This document shows, piece by piece, positions 1 through 9,043 of a DNA stretch of 64,000 nucleotides (position 1 is its first letter; every line of letters starts with the position of its first letter). The stretch spans positions 1 through 64,000 of the forward strand of contig CAVTWJ010000022.1 in NCBI GenBank assembly GCA_963738405.1, in the 5' to 3' direction. The position numbers and the translations under genes are program-made. The notes beneath the pieces were generated by a model. The model was given only the letters and a program-made list of their open reading frames with translations. It did not search any database and had not been told where the DNA came from. The stretch is from a candidate division FCPU426 bacterium (GTDB taxonomy: Bacteria; Oederibacteriota; Muellerivitia; Muellerivitales; Muellerivitaceae).

Positions 1-96
1 CACCACCTCGAACTGGCCAATTTCCCGGTCGCGCCCGGTGAGCTCGGGCGGTCGCTGCCCCGCGCCGGGGGCGTACGGATTGCGCACCGGATCCAT
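1..96 (-). CDS. N-terminus of an actinobacterial-type AAA family ATPase (runs off the window edge; one frameshift)
   Basis: Minus strand from ATG at 96 reads MDPVRNPYAPGAG, then after a 1-nt shift QRPPELTGRDREIGQFEVV. This matches the N-terminus I recall for a conserved actinobacterial ATP-binding protein. Confidence 0.6.
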   Translation of the reverse strand, partial: MDPVRNPYAPGAGQRPPELTGRDREIGQFEVV

Positions 97-151
97 GACA
101 TTGGACTCTATGGCCAGATCTAGCCCGGACCCTAGATTTGCTTAGAAAGCC

Positions 152-540
152 CTACCGGCGTGTCGCGGGCCGGGCCCGGGGCCGCCGGTCCTGGGGCTTG
201 TTGATGCGGGCCAGGAAGGCGTTGTAGGCGGCTAGGTGCTCGTCGGCGTCGACGCTCTCCCTATCGCTGGCCCTATCACTAACCCTATCGCTGGCCCGGT
301 CCATCGCCAGGGTCGCGGACGGCGGCCCGCCATGTCCGGCGGCCGCGTCCTGGTGCGCGCTGACCAGCGCGGCGAAGTTCGAGCGGCGCGCGGACTCGGG
401 CCAACCCCGGCCCCGTCGCCACGCTTCCCGGCTCCAGGCGAAGAACGCCGCCATCACGAGCGCGGCGACGTCGGCGCCGCCCACCGCCCCACCATCACCG
501 CGCCGCCGATATGCACGTCACTGATGGGGCTCGGCGCCAC
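152..540 (-). pseudogene. C-terminal fragment of an actinobacterial cytochrome c oxidase assembly (CtaG-like) protein
   Basis: PSPISDVHIGGAVM / VGGADVAALVMAAFFAWSR ... DADEHLAAYNAFLARIN resembles the family C-terminus (D-x-x-LAAYNAxLA). Very high GC, frameshift near 485, 5' part missing. Confidence 0.55.
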
Positions 541-1396
541 CGGTCCCCTTGGTAAATCGGGATAGGTTTTTCAAAACCTTTAAGGCCTTGTTTTTCAACG
601 GCAATCCCGACAAACCCCCGCTTGGGTAATCCCCCGGCGGCAGTCCTTCCCTGGAAAGGGTGGTGTTGGTCACCACCAGGCCCTTGCATCCCTGGCTCAA
701 GGCCGTTTCGGCAGCTCCCCTGTAGCCCTTCTCATCCATATCAGGGGAAAGTTTCAGCAAAACCGGCTTTTTTTTCGCTCCCTTCACCACCGCCCCCAGC
801 AGTTTTTTAAGGGGTTTGGTTTCTTGAAGCTTGCGCAGACCCGGGGTGTTGGGTGAACTGACATTGATGACCAAAAAATCGGCCAGAGATGCCAAAAGAG
901 ACACCGATTTTAAGTAATCCTCCTCCGCCTCTTCCAAGGGAGCCGCTTTGCTCTTGCCGATGTTGATTCCCACCGGAGCTTTTGGCCAATTTCCATTTTC
1001 TTTCAGGTTCTTCAGTCGAAGGGCGGCCGCTTCCGCCCCGCTATTGGGAAAACCCATGCTGTTGATCAGGGCCCTTTCAGAAACCAGTCGCTTGACCCTC
1101 GGTTTGGGATTGCCGGGTTGGGCCATGGCTGTAAAGGTGCCTATTTCGGCATGCCCGAACCCCAGGCACTCCCACATCTCCGTTAATTCCCCTTCTTTAT
1201 CCAGTCCCGCCGCCAAGCCGATGGGGTTTGGAAATTTCAAGCCGAAGAAGGTTCTTTCCAAACGGGGATCTTGGTACTGAAACAAATGTTTGAAAAGGGA
1301 CTTAAGGGGTTTGGCCGCGCCTAAAGCGGTAAAGGATAGGTGATGGGCCGATTCGGGATTGAGTTTGAAAAGCAGGGGCCTCAGGAGTGGGTACAA
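518..1396 (-). CDS. pyrD: Quinone-dependent dihydroorotate dehydrogenase (class 2), 3'-truncated at ~545
   Basis: Motifs NPIGLAAGLDK, GNPKPRV, INSMGFPN, NVSSPNTPGLR, LKLSPD, TNTT, GGLSG. TTG start at 1396 after GAAGGA. The expected C-terminal IGVGGI...GASLVQ segment is absent. Confidence 0.9.
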   Translation of the reverse strand: MYPLLRPLLFKLNPESAHHLSFTALGAAKPLKSLFKHLFQYQDPRLERTFFGLKFPNPIGLAAGLDKEGELTEMWECLGFGHAEIGTFTAMAQPGNPKPRVKRLVSERALINSMGFPNSGAEAAALRLKNLKENGNWPKAPVGINIGKSKAAPLEEAEEDYLKSVSLLASLADFLVINVSSPNTPGLRKLQETKPLKKLLGAVVKGAKKKPVLLKLSPDMDEKGYRGAAETALSQGCKGLVVTNTTLSREGLPPGDYPSGGLSGLPLKNKALKVLKNLSRFTKGTGGAEPHQ

Positions 1397-1482
1397 AAGA
1401 CGTCCTTCATGAAGGATTTTAAAAAGAATAGTGTTGGTTTCGGGTGGATGCAACCAAGAAAGCTTAAGGGGAAAAGTCTAGA

Positions 1483-4400
1483 TCAGCGTAAAACCAACAT
1501 CTTCAGGACGTATCTTTTATTAGGCGTAGTCACCACTATGTAATAGAGCCCGTTCGATAGCGGGTTGTTCGCCCTGTCCGTTGGAAGGATGACAATCCAT
1601 GGCACGGCGGATGAAGCGGTTTGGGTTTCTTCCTGAACCTTCCGGAAAGCCAGGGTAAAGACCTGCGCCTTGATTTGCGCGCTGGCCGTCAACCCGGGAA
1701 TAACGATGGTCACCGGTTGTCCATGGGTGGGATTGGGATAGAGCACCAGTGTCGTTCCAACCGGCACCGCCGTGACGGAAAGAGTCGCGGTCGCAGTGGC
1801 GGAGGGAATGGGCGTGGGTGAAGCGGTCCATGAAGGTGTGGTGGTAGGGGTTGGGGTCCAGGTGGGTGTTCCGGTCAAAGTGGACGTAGCCGTCCAGCTA
1901 CCGGTTGTTGTGGCCGTGGGGGTTGCGGTGGGAGTGCCTGTCGGGGTCGGACTATTGGTTTTCGTGGGCGTAAGGGTCGCCGTGGGCGAGGGGGTGGATG
2001 TCCCCGTAAGTGTCGGCGTGGGTGTCTGGCTTCCCGTCGGGGTCGGCGAAGGCGTCCAACTGGGCGTGTTTGACGCGGTGGGAGTCGGCGTTTTCGTTGC
2101 CGTGTAGGTCGAGCTGAATGTGGCGGTGGGAGTGGCCGTCAAAGTGGCGGTGAGGGTCGCGGTAGGCGTCGTGGTCGTTGTAAAGGTTAGGCTATGGGTT
2201 GCGGTGAAGGACATGGTGGATGTGGCAGTGAAAGCAGTTGTCTTTGTGAGTGAAGCTGAAGGCGTAACGGTGGGGGTCACCGTAGGGGAAAGTGTGACGG
2301 TAGAGGTAATCACACCGGTCGCCGTGGGGGTCCCGGTAATGGTTGGGGTCGCTGGTAAGGGTAGCGGTAGGTGTTTTGGTAGGGGTCGAGGTTGTGGAAG
2401 AGGTTAGCGTGGCGGTCAAGGTTGCGGTCAGCGTGGCCGTCAGGGTCGAGGTGGGGGTGAGGGTAGCCGTGGATGTTTTAGTGGGCGTAGCCGAAGGCGA
2501 AGCGGTAAGGGACGCCGTAGGCGTCATCGAAACGGTTGGGGTCGGACTCGGTACGGAGGTAGGACTTCGAGTCACCGTGGGAGATGGGGTAGAGGTGGCC
2601 GTACCCGCCGGGCTGGTGGGCGTGTTGGTGGGTGAGCAGGCGGCCTCGCTCGTAATCTCGATGGCGGTGAACTCGGCGTTATTCGCCGAGGCGGTGCCGA
2701 TGAGGGTGATGGCGCCCCCCGCCACCGCCACCGGGAAGGTATGGTCATCAATGGCGTTTTCCCCCACCTGGGAAAAAATATCCATGTTCGCCAGCACGGT
2801 TACCCCGTTGATCGTCACGTTGAAAACCCGGCATCCGGTGGTGGTACAGTAGAAATCCACGTTTTTCAGAGTGACCAGGTAGTTTCCGTTGGGGACCGTA
2901 AACTGATATTGCATCGTCGTGGCATAACGTTCGGTTTGATAGAGAACCTGCTGGACGCCCGAGTTGGCGATGGTGTTGGCGGTATTGCCCGTCGTACCGG
3001 CGGTCACATAGCCGAAGCCGCCCGCCGTATAGGCCTGGTCCGCCGACCAAGTGATCCCCCCGATCACCGTTTGCGGCCCTCCGCAATTGATAGCCTCATA
3101 TACATAGGCGCAGGGGTTGACGGTGGCCGTGGGGGATTGGGTGGCCGTTAGGGTCGGGGTCGCGGAAGGCACGCAGCCATAGGTCGGGGTCGGGTCGGGA
3201 GTGGCGGTGGGAATGGGCGTGCAGGCGACGCCCCCGCAGGGAGAGGTGACATCATAGGCGTGCTTGGCCCCCCAGATGGCGTTGGCCCTCATGTAATAGG
3301 GGGCGCGTATATTCCCGAGGTTGGAAGTCCAAGCCTCAGGGGTTCTAAACCACATCTGGCCCGTGTTCCAAATGGCGTTATAAAGACTGTTCCCAATGGA
3401 GACCGCCTGGGTGAACATGCCCTGTTGGATCATTCCCGACACCGCGCCCCAGGTCGTACCCACCCAGGCCTCCTGGCTCTGGGATGTGCCGGTGTCGATA
3501 TTTCCCGCCGAAGTCATCACATTGACCGCCCCGTAAGTTCCAGGGTTAAACTTGGCCCAGTTGTTGTCGTGCACCGCCTGCCAGGCGCTCACCGCGTGGG
3601 CCGTGGGCACGATGTCGGCCAGGCCGCAGGCCTTGGCGTACCATTGACCGCACAACTGATCGGTCATGATGCGGGCCACGCCCGTCACGCCGCCCGATCC
3701 GCTTCCGGTATCGATGTTGTAATAATTGCCGGTGGAGTTCCAAAGGTTAGTCTCAAAGTCGGCTTGGCCCAGGGTCAGCCAGGAATTGTAGGTGGTGGCC
3801 AAGGCCGCATTGCCCTGCTGCGTGGCTAGGGCCTGGGCTGCCTCGCAGGCGGCCAGGTAAAGGCTCCCGCAATAGGATGTCTCGCCCGTCAGCCCCAGAT
3901 CGTCATAGGTCTGGTCGATTCCGCTGGAAATGGGCAGGTGGTAGGTCACCCCTCCCGATACGCACTGGCTGTGCACCTTGGTCATGGCCGTCTGGATGGC
4001 GGGCCAGCAGTAATTGAGGAAGGTGCTGTCGGTTTTCCCTGTCAGTTCCCAGTCGCGGTAAACCATTAGCACCAGCTTGGAATTCAGGTCCTTCCAGGTG
4101 GTGGAATCCCGGTAGGTATAGTCGTTCCAGGCCGTGAAGACGTCGTTCAAACTGCCGATATCGTGGGCGCAGGTACCCAGGGCCGCGGGCCGGGGCATTG
4201 GCGGGGTCGCCCACCACTGTCACGCTGTCGCAGAATTGTTCCACTTCCTGCTTGTCGATGTTGGGCCAGTTCTGGGCCAAGGCCCAGGAGCTGTAAAAAC
4301 GCACGTCCGAGGTGCCGTAGAAGGGATAGATGTAGGATTCCAAACTGCTGAACATATCGGGTCCCGAATCGAACTGAGTGGAGCCGTATTGACCCGCCTC

Positions 4401-5519
4401 CCAGAGGGTTCCGCCGATGACGTAATAATAAAGCTCATTGAAGAGCATCTGCTTGAACCAGTCCGGATAGGGCCCACCCAGGATTCCTCCCTGCCAGCTG
4501 TCGATGGAAGCTTCCCAGGCGCTGTAGTTGTTCAGCGCGTCGTTAGCGACGGAAAAGGAGTTCAGCCCCGTCTTGCCGTAGGTGCGGGTATATTCCCTGT
4601 ACCACTGGACGCCCGAGCCCGGCTGGGCTAAGGGAATATCCCAAGCCACCACGATGGGAACCTTGATGGACTGGCCCGGGGCCAGGGTCACCTTGAAGGC
4701 GATGCCCCCGAGGGTATTGGCTCCCACGCCGTTGGTCAGGGTCCCGGCGGCGTCAAAGGCCGTTTCCAGGTTGGCCAGGCTGGCGGCCGATTCATAGGTT
4801 ACCGTCACCCCGGCGCTTGCGGCGCAACCGAGCGTGAATTCACCTTGGGTCTTGGAGGTGGCGTTCCCCGCGCGGGTTAACCGGATGCCGGTATTGCTTC
4901 CCGAAACGCTGACCGCCGCGCTCGACCCGCTGAAGGTGTTGTCCCAGGTCAGCATGATGGCCACGTCCGTGGAAACGCAGGTGTTGTTGGAAAGGTCCCA
5001 CTCGTAGATGGCTTCGGGGAAAGAGCTTCGTGTGTAGTCCCCAGGGATCAAAGGCGTGAACTGGGTCACCCGGGCCTTGCAGGGAAAATTGGTTCCGTAA
5101 TAATCCACCCACGATTTGGGGAAAAGGGAGTAGTAGGTGGCCTGGCCCGTTCCCAGCGCGGCGGCGTTCAACCGGTAAGTCACGGCGGCTGAGCCCGAGG
5201 GCTTCTGATACATATAGAAGTGACAGTTGGCGTCCGTGGTATAGGGGTTATTGGTGGTCCAGGTGGCGGGGCCGGCGGCGATGTTCAGGCGGCTTAAAAA
5301 GAAATTCCCCGAAAAGTCCCAGGTATAGCTCCCCGCGCCGAAACCGCCCGAAGGCGCCCCGTCCGTATAGCCGCCCGCGTTGATATCTCGGCTCCAGGCC
5401 TGCGGAGGGATATTGGTAAAGGCTCCAGCCTGGGAAACGGTTAAAAGGAAGAAGAAAAAAAGATGAGATCGTTTTAAGATCGATTTTATAAAAGCCGATG
5501 GGCGTCGATAAAAAAACAC
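1483..5519 (-). CDS. Secreted GH116 beta-glucosidase/glucosylceramidase-like protein with malectin domain, Thr/Pro stalk and T9SS-like CTD (~1340 aa; split by two frameshifts at ~4199 and ~2354)
   Basis: [65 protein letters not shown] and YMRA are GH116 motifs. AINCGG...LYQTERY...RVFNV is malectin. Three ORFs join into one frame if two single bases are removed. Confidence 0.85.
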
Positions 5520-5701
5520 TTCATACCTTTCAAGGCGAAGGGGGAAGAATCAAACAGGCCCATAAAATTTACCACATTTTCGTTCTCGGCCCATTGAATC
5601 TATGAACTATGGAAGCGGTTTTATTTCTCGGCGTTCAAACATGCGCCGAATGAATCCAAATCGGTTGGGGGAATTTGAAGGTGAAAACGCTTCAAAGAGT
5701 G

Positions 5702-5729
5702 TTGAGCTGATCCAAAAGAAGGTTAGAAT
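5702..5729 (+). promoter_or_regulatory. Putative sigma70 promoter for the GH3 gene (likely leaderless)
   Basis: TTGAGC-16 nt-TAGAAT ending 6 nt before ATG 5736; no clear SD. Confidence 0.4.
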
Positions 5730-5735
5730 CCATAT

Positions 5736-7181
5736 ATGATTTTGCGTCCCATCCTTTTTCTTCCCCTTCTTGCCATGCTGTATTTTGGTTTCACCCTTCT
5801 CCTTTCCGATGACCGGGATGATTTAGCCGTCATGGAGTTCGAGGCCGCCCGGGCCGCCTTCAGCCATCAGGATTATTATTCCTGCCTTCGCTTTTGCGGC
5901 CTGGCCGCCATCAACAATCCGAACGCCTCCGGCCCGCCCCTTTTACAAGGCAATTGCTTTTACGAGATGGGACAGGATTCCGCCGCGTTGGAACGCTACA
6001 GCCTGGCCCTTTCCCTCAACCCCCAGGCTGCCCCCCTGCCTCCTTTTTTGAACGAGCTTAAAGCAAACGGTTCCTCCGCCCAACAAACGGTCATGAACCC
6101 GTCGCAGTTGGATTCCCTCCAGCGAAAGATCGGCCAGATGATCATGGTGTCCGTTCCCGGCGTCCGCTTGACCGGTGCGAAGAGGATTTTCTTGAAGGAA
6201 GGCTGGATCGGCGGGGTCATTCTCTTCAACCAAAACATCGCCTCGAAAAAACAGGTCACCGCCTATGTGGAGGAACTGCAAGCCACCTCGCCCACGCCCC
6301 TCTTTATCGCGGTGGACCAGGAAGGCGGTGCGGTGCGCCGTTTACGGGAACCTCTGGGCTTTCAAACCCTTCCCTCGGAGGAGGCTCTGGGCCAAACCAA
6401 GAACCCGGACCTGGCCTATCGTTTCGGGCGCCTCAGCGGCTATCAGTTAAAGGAAATCGGGGCCAACCTGAACCTGGCGCCTGTGGTTGACCTGGACCAC
6501 GGCATCGACCAAGTCATCTCTAAAAATCACCGTTCCCTGGGGGCGGACCCTCAGTTGGTTTCAATGATGGCGCAAAAGATGATTCAAGGCATGAAGTCGG
6601 AAGGAATCCTCGCCACGGCCAAGCATTTCCCCACCCAGTCCCTCGCGGTCAACAACCCCCATTGGATGCTTTCGGAAGCGGACAGCGGCCTCGCCGAATT
6701 GGAAAAATCAGACCTAGTGCCCTATCAAGACCTGATCCAAAGCCGGGACCTGGACGCGGTCATGTTGTCCCACGTGCTTTACCCCAGCGTCGATCCCGTT
6801 TACCCCGCTTCCCTTTCGAAGGAATGGATTCAAAATATCCTCCGCCGCCAGATGGGCTTTCAGGGATTGGTCTTTTCGGACGATATGCGCATGGTGGCCA
6901 TCAAGCGCCGCTACCCGCTTGAAAAATCGGTGGTGCAGGCGGTGAACGCGGGGGTGGATGTGCTGTTGGTGACCGACAATTTGGAAAAACGCGTCATGGA
7001 CGCGCTGGTCAAGGCCGTGCGGTCGGGCAAGATCGACCGGGGTTCCATCGACCAGGCCTACGAGAGGATCATGGCCACGAAGAGAAAGTATGGGATTGTC
7101 CCGGACGAAAGACCCTTACCTAAGGCACTACCGCCAAGCCCCAACCGGGCCAGGGTCCCCACAAAAGATCGCATCCTGTGA
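5736..7181 (+). CDS. GH3 N-terminal domain (NagZ-like beta-N-acetylhexosaminidase) with N-terminal anchor and TPR
   Basis: IGQMIM, GGVILF, AVDQEGGAVRR, NLAPVVD, KHFP, VMLSHV, FSDDM, AGVDVLL; TPR-like segment at residues ~30-95. Confidence 0.85.
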   Translation: MILRPILFLPLLAMLYFGFTLLLSDDRDDLAVMEFEAARAAFSHQDYYSCLRFCGLAAINNPNASGPPLLQGNCFYEMGQDSAALERYSLALSLNPQAAPLPPFLNELKANGSSAQQTVMNPSQLDSLQRKIGQMIMVSVPGVRLTGAKRIFLKEGWIGGVILFNQNIASKKQVTAYVEELQATSPTPLFIAVDQEGGAVRRLREPLGFQTLPSEEALGQTKNPDLAYRFGRLSGYQLKEIGANLNLAPVVDLDHGIDQVISKNHRSLGADPQLVSMMAQKMIQGMKSEGILATAKHFPTQSLAVNNPHWMLSEADSGLAELEKSDLVPYQDLIQSRDLDAVMLSHVLYPSVDPVYPASLSKEWIQNILRRQMGFQGLVFSDDMRMVAIKRRYPLEKSVVQAVNAGVDVLLVTDNLEKRVMDALVKAVRSGKIDRGSIDQAYERIMATKRKYGIVPDERPLPKALPPSPNRARVPTKDRIL

Positions 7182-7231
7182 TGGCCCCAAAACGCCCTGA
7201 ATCGAATGGTAAAAATTTTCGAGATGCCCTC

Positions 7232-9043
7232 TTATTCCGAAGGGATACTGTTAAATAATTCGGCTTTCACTTCCTTCGTGTGTTTCAACCAACCGCCCGA
7301 GGCGTCCCGCGTCCCGACCATGAAAAAGCAGGTGCTTCGTTGTCCCCCGATGGACATGAGCAATTCGGGACGGAGGCCTTCCACATCCTTGAAACGCTCG
7401 TAGACCCCGTCCCCCGCCCAGCTGATGAACAGGGAATAACCGGCGGCGCTTCGATCTGGGTCCCAGTCCAGGTAAACCCTCCGGTGGGGCTGGGGGCTCG
7501 CGTTGATCCTCAGGGTCGCCGGGGCCGACAAGGCCTCCGTTTCCTGGGGCGAGGGGAACCAACAGTAGGCCCCCAGGGTCGTTTCCCGTTCGTTTGCCGA
7601 TACACCCGTTACATACCAGGTCCATCCCTCCACCCCCGAGGTGTCCATCACCCAAAGAGTGGTGTGATGCTTGAGCTCCTGGGTCACCTTTTCCACCCGG
7701 CCCGAGGGCGACTGCCGGTAAAGGTTATAACCGACGAAGACACAGCTCGAGGGAGTGTTCCAGTTCAGACGTAGTCCGATCCCGTCGACCTTCCCCGCGA
7801 GCCCCAGGGCGAGGGAGGACGCGGCTCCCCCTGAAACGTTGTCCGTGGTTTCCTGATCCGCGGTGCGGACATAGGCGGCCTTTGAGGGAAAACTGGGTGT
7901 CCCCCCATAGCCGATGGCACGAACTGAGACCTTATAGAGGGTATAGGGCTCGCAGTTATTGAACACATAGAAGGGGTTGGACAACCGGGGGGAAATCAAG
8001 ACTTCCCGTCCGTCCAGGGGTTGGATCAAGACCTCATATTTCTCGACTGGGCCGACCGATTTATCCCAGCGGATTTCCAGCCTCTTCCCTTTCGCCTGGA
8101 CCGTCACGTAGCGGGGGGCGTTCGGCTCACCGCCCGAGACCCAGGGCCCGTCCCATCGAAGGATGCCCGAAAAGCGGTGCACCGACCCCAGCTGGTTATA
8201 GGGTTCGAAAGCGTAATCGAGCTGGAAAAACTGGAATTGGAAACCAGCCCCGACCGAAAACCCCTCATCCTCCGAGTTGGCCAGGTACCCGGCCCGAAGG
8301 GCCACAAGGTTTTGGAACCAGTATTCCATCCCGAAACCGAAACGCTGGGTGTTGGCGACCGTGTTATAGGAAACGTCCGCCGCGAGGTTCAAGGTATGGT
8401 CGGGGTCCTCGATCGCGGTCCAAGCCAGGCCGCCGTTGGCGACGAGGGGCAGGGGTTCCAGGCTCGCGAACTGAATACCGGGGCCCATGTTCAAGACCGC
8501 GCCCGCCAGTGTCCATTGGGGCAGGAGGCGGACCCGGAACCCAAAATCGGCGGCAAAACCCGTGCCCTGAAGGGAAGTCACCTTTTCCGTAATGTATTTC
8601 ACCGAGGCTCCCAGATGAAAGTCATAGAAAGACTTTCCCCAGCCCCCGATCAGAGCCTGATCCATCACCGACACGGACGGCGCGTTCGGATCGGAGGTGC
8701 TGTTGAAAGGCGGAGTTCCCAGCCCCAGGTAGCCGAACCCGAAGACGCCGAAATCGCCGGCCGGGATCGCCGCCCCCAGGAAGTCGTAGGTGAGATCGGA
8801 GAAGAAAATCTCATGGCCGTATCCGATCTCGGGCAGGCGGATATTCCCCAGGCCCGCAGGGTTGAAGGACAGCGTGTTAATGTCGTCCGCCACGGCACTA
8901 AAGGCCTGCCCCATGCCGTCGGGCCGGGCGCCGGTGGTCATGAGGAGGAAATCCGCTCCCGTCGTCAGCGATTGGGCCCCCCGGGCGCTTCGGGGCAGCC
9001 CCCCCAACAGAAGGGCCAGGATCAGGAGGAGGGTCTTGTTCAT
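7232..9043 (-). CDS. PorV/PorQ-family outer-membrane beta-barrel with C-terminal fibronectin-III-like domains
   Basis: Signal peptide; GARPDGMGQAFSAVADDINTLSFNPAGL signature; GMEYW...ALRAGY...FSVGAG...QLDYAF...LGSVHRFS barrel end; then PNAP..V..LEIRW..YEV..YKVSVRA (FN3-like). Confidence 0.85.
   Translation of the reverse strand: MNKTLLLILALLLGGLPRSARGAQSLTTGADFLLMTTGARPDGMGQAFSAVADDINTLSFNPAGLGNIRLPEIGYGHEIFFSDLTYDFLGAAIPAGDFGVFGFGYLGLGTPPFNSTSDPNAPSVSVMDQALIGGWGKSFYDFHLGASVKYITEKVTSLQGTGFAADFGFRVRLLPQWTLAGAVLNMGPGIQFASLEPLPLVANGGLAWTAIEDPDHTLNLAADVSYNTVANTQRFGFGMEYWFQNLVALRAGYLANSEDEGFSVGAGFQFQFFQLDYAFEPYNQLGSVHRFSGILRWDGPWVSGGEPNAPRYVTVQAKGKRLEIRWDKSVGPVEKYEVLIQPLDGREVLISPRLSNPFYVFNNCEPYTLYKVSVRAIGYGGTPSFPSKAAYVRTADQETTDNVSGGAASSLALGLAGKVDGIGLRLNWNTPSSCVFVGYNLYRQSPSGRVEKVTQELKHHTTLWVMDTSGVEGWTWYVTGVSANERETTLGAYCWFPSPQETEALSAPATLRINASPQPHRRVYLDWDPDRSAAGYSLFISWAGDGVYERFKDVEGLRPELLMSIGGQRSTCFFMVGTRDASGGWLKHTKEVKAELFNSIPSE

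Noticed and set aside
1772..2852. Val-rich plus-strand ORFs (VGVAVGV...), also at 9293-11332, 19930-21129 and 56850-57161
   Set aside because: Antisense shadows of the alternating-Thr codons on the minus strand.
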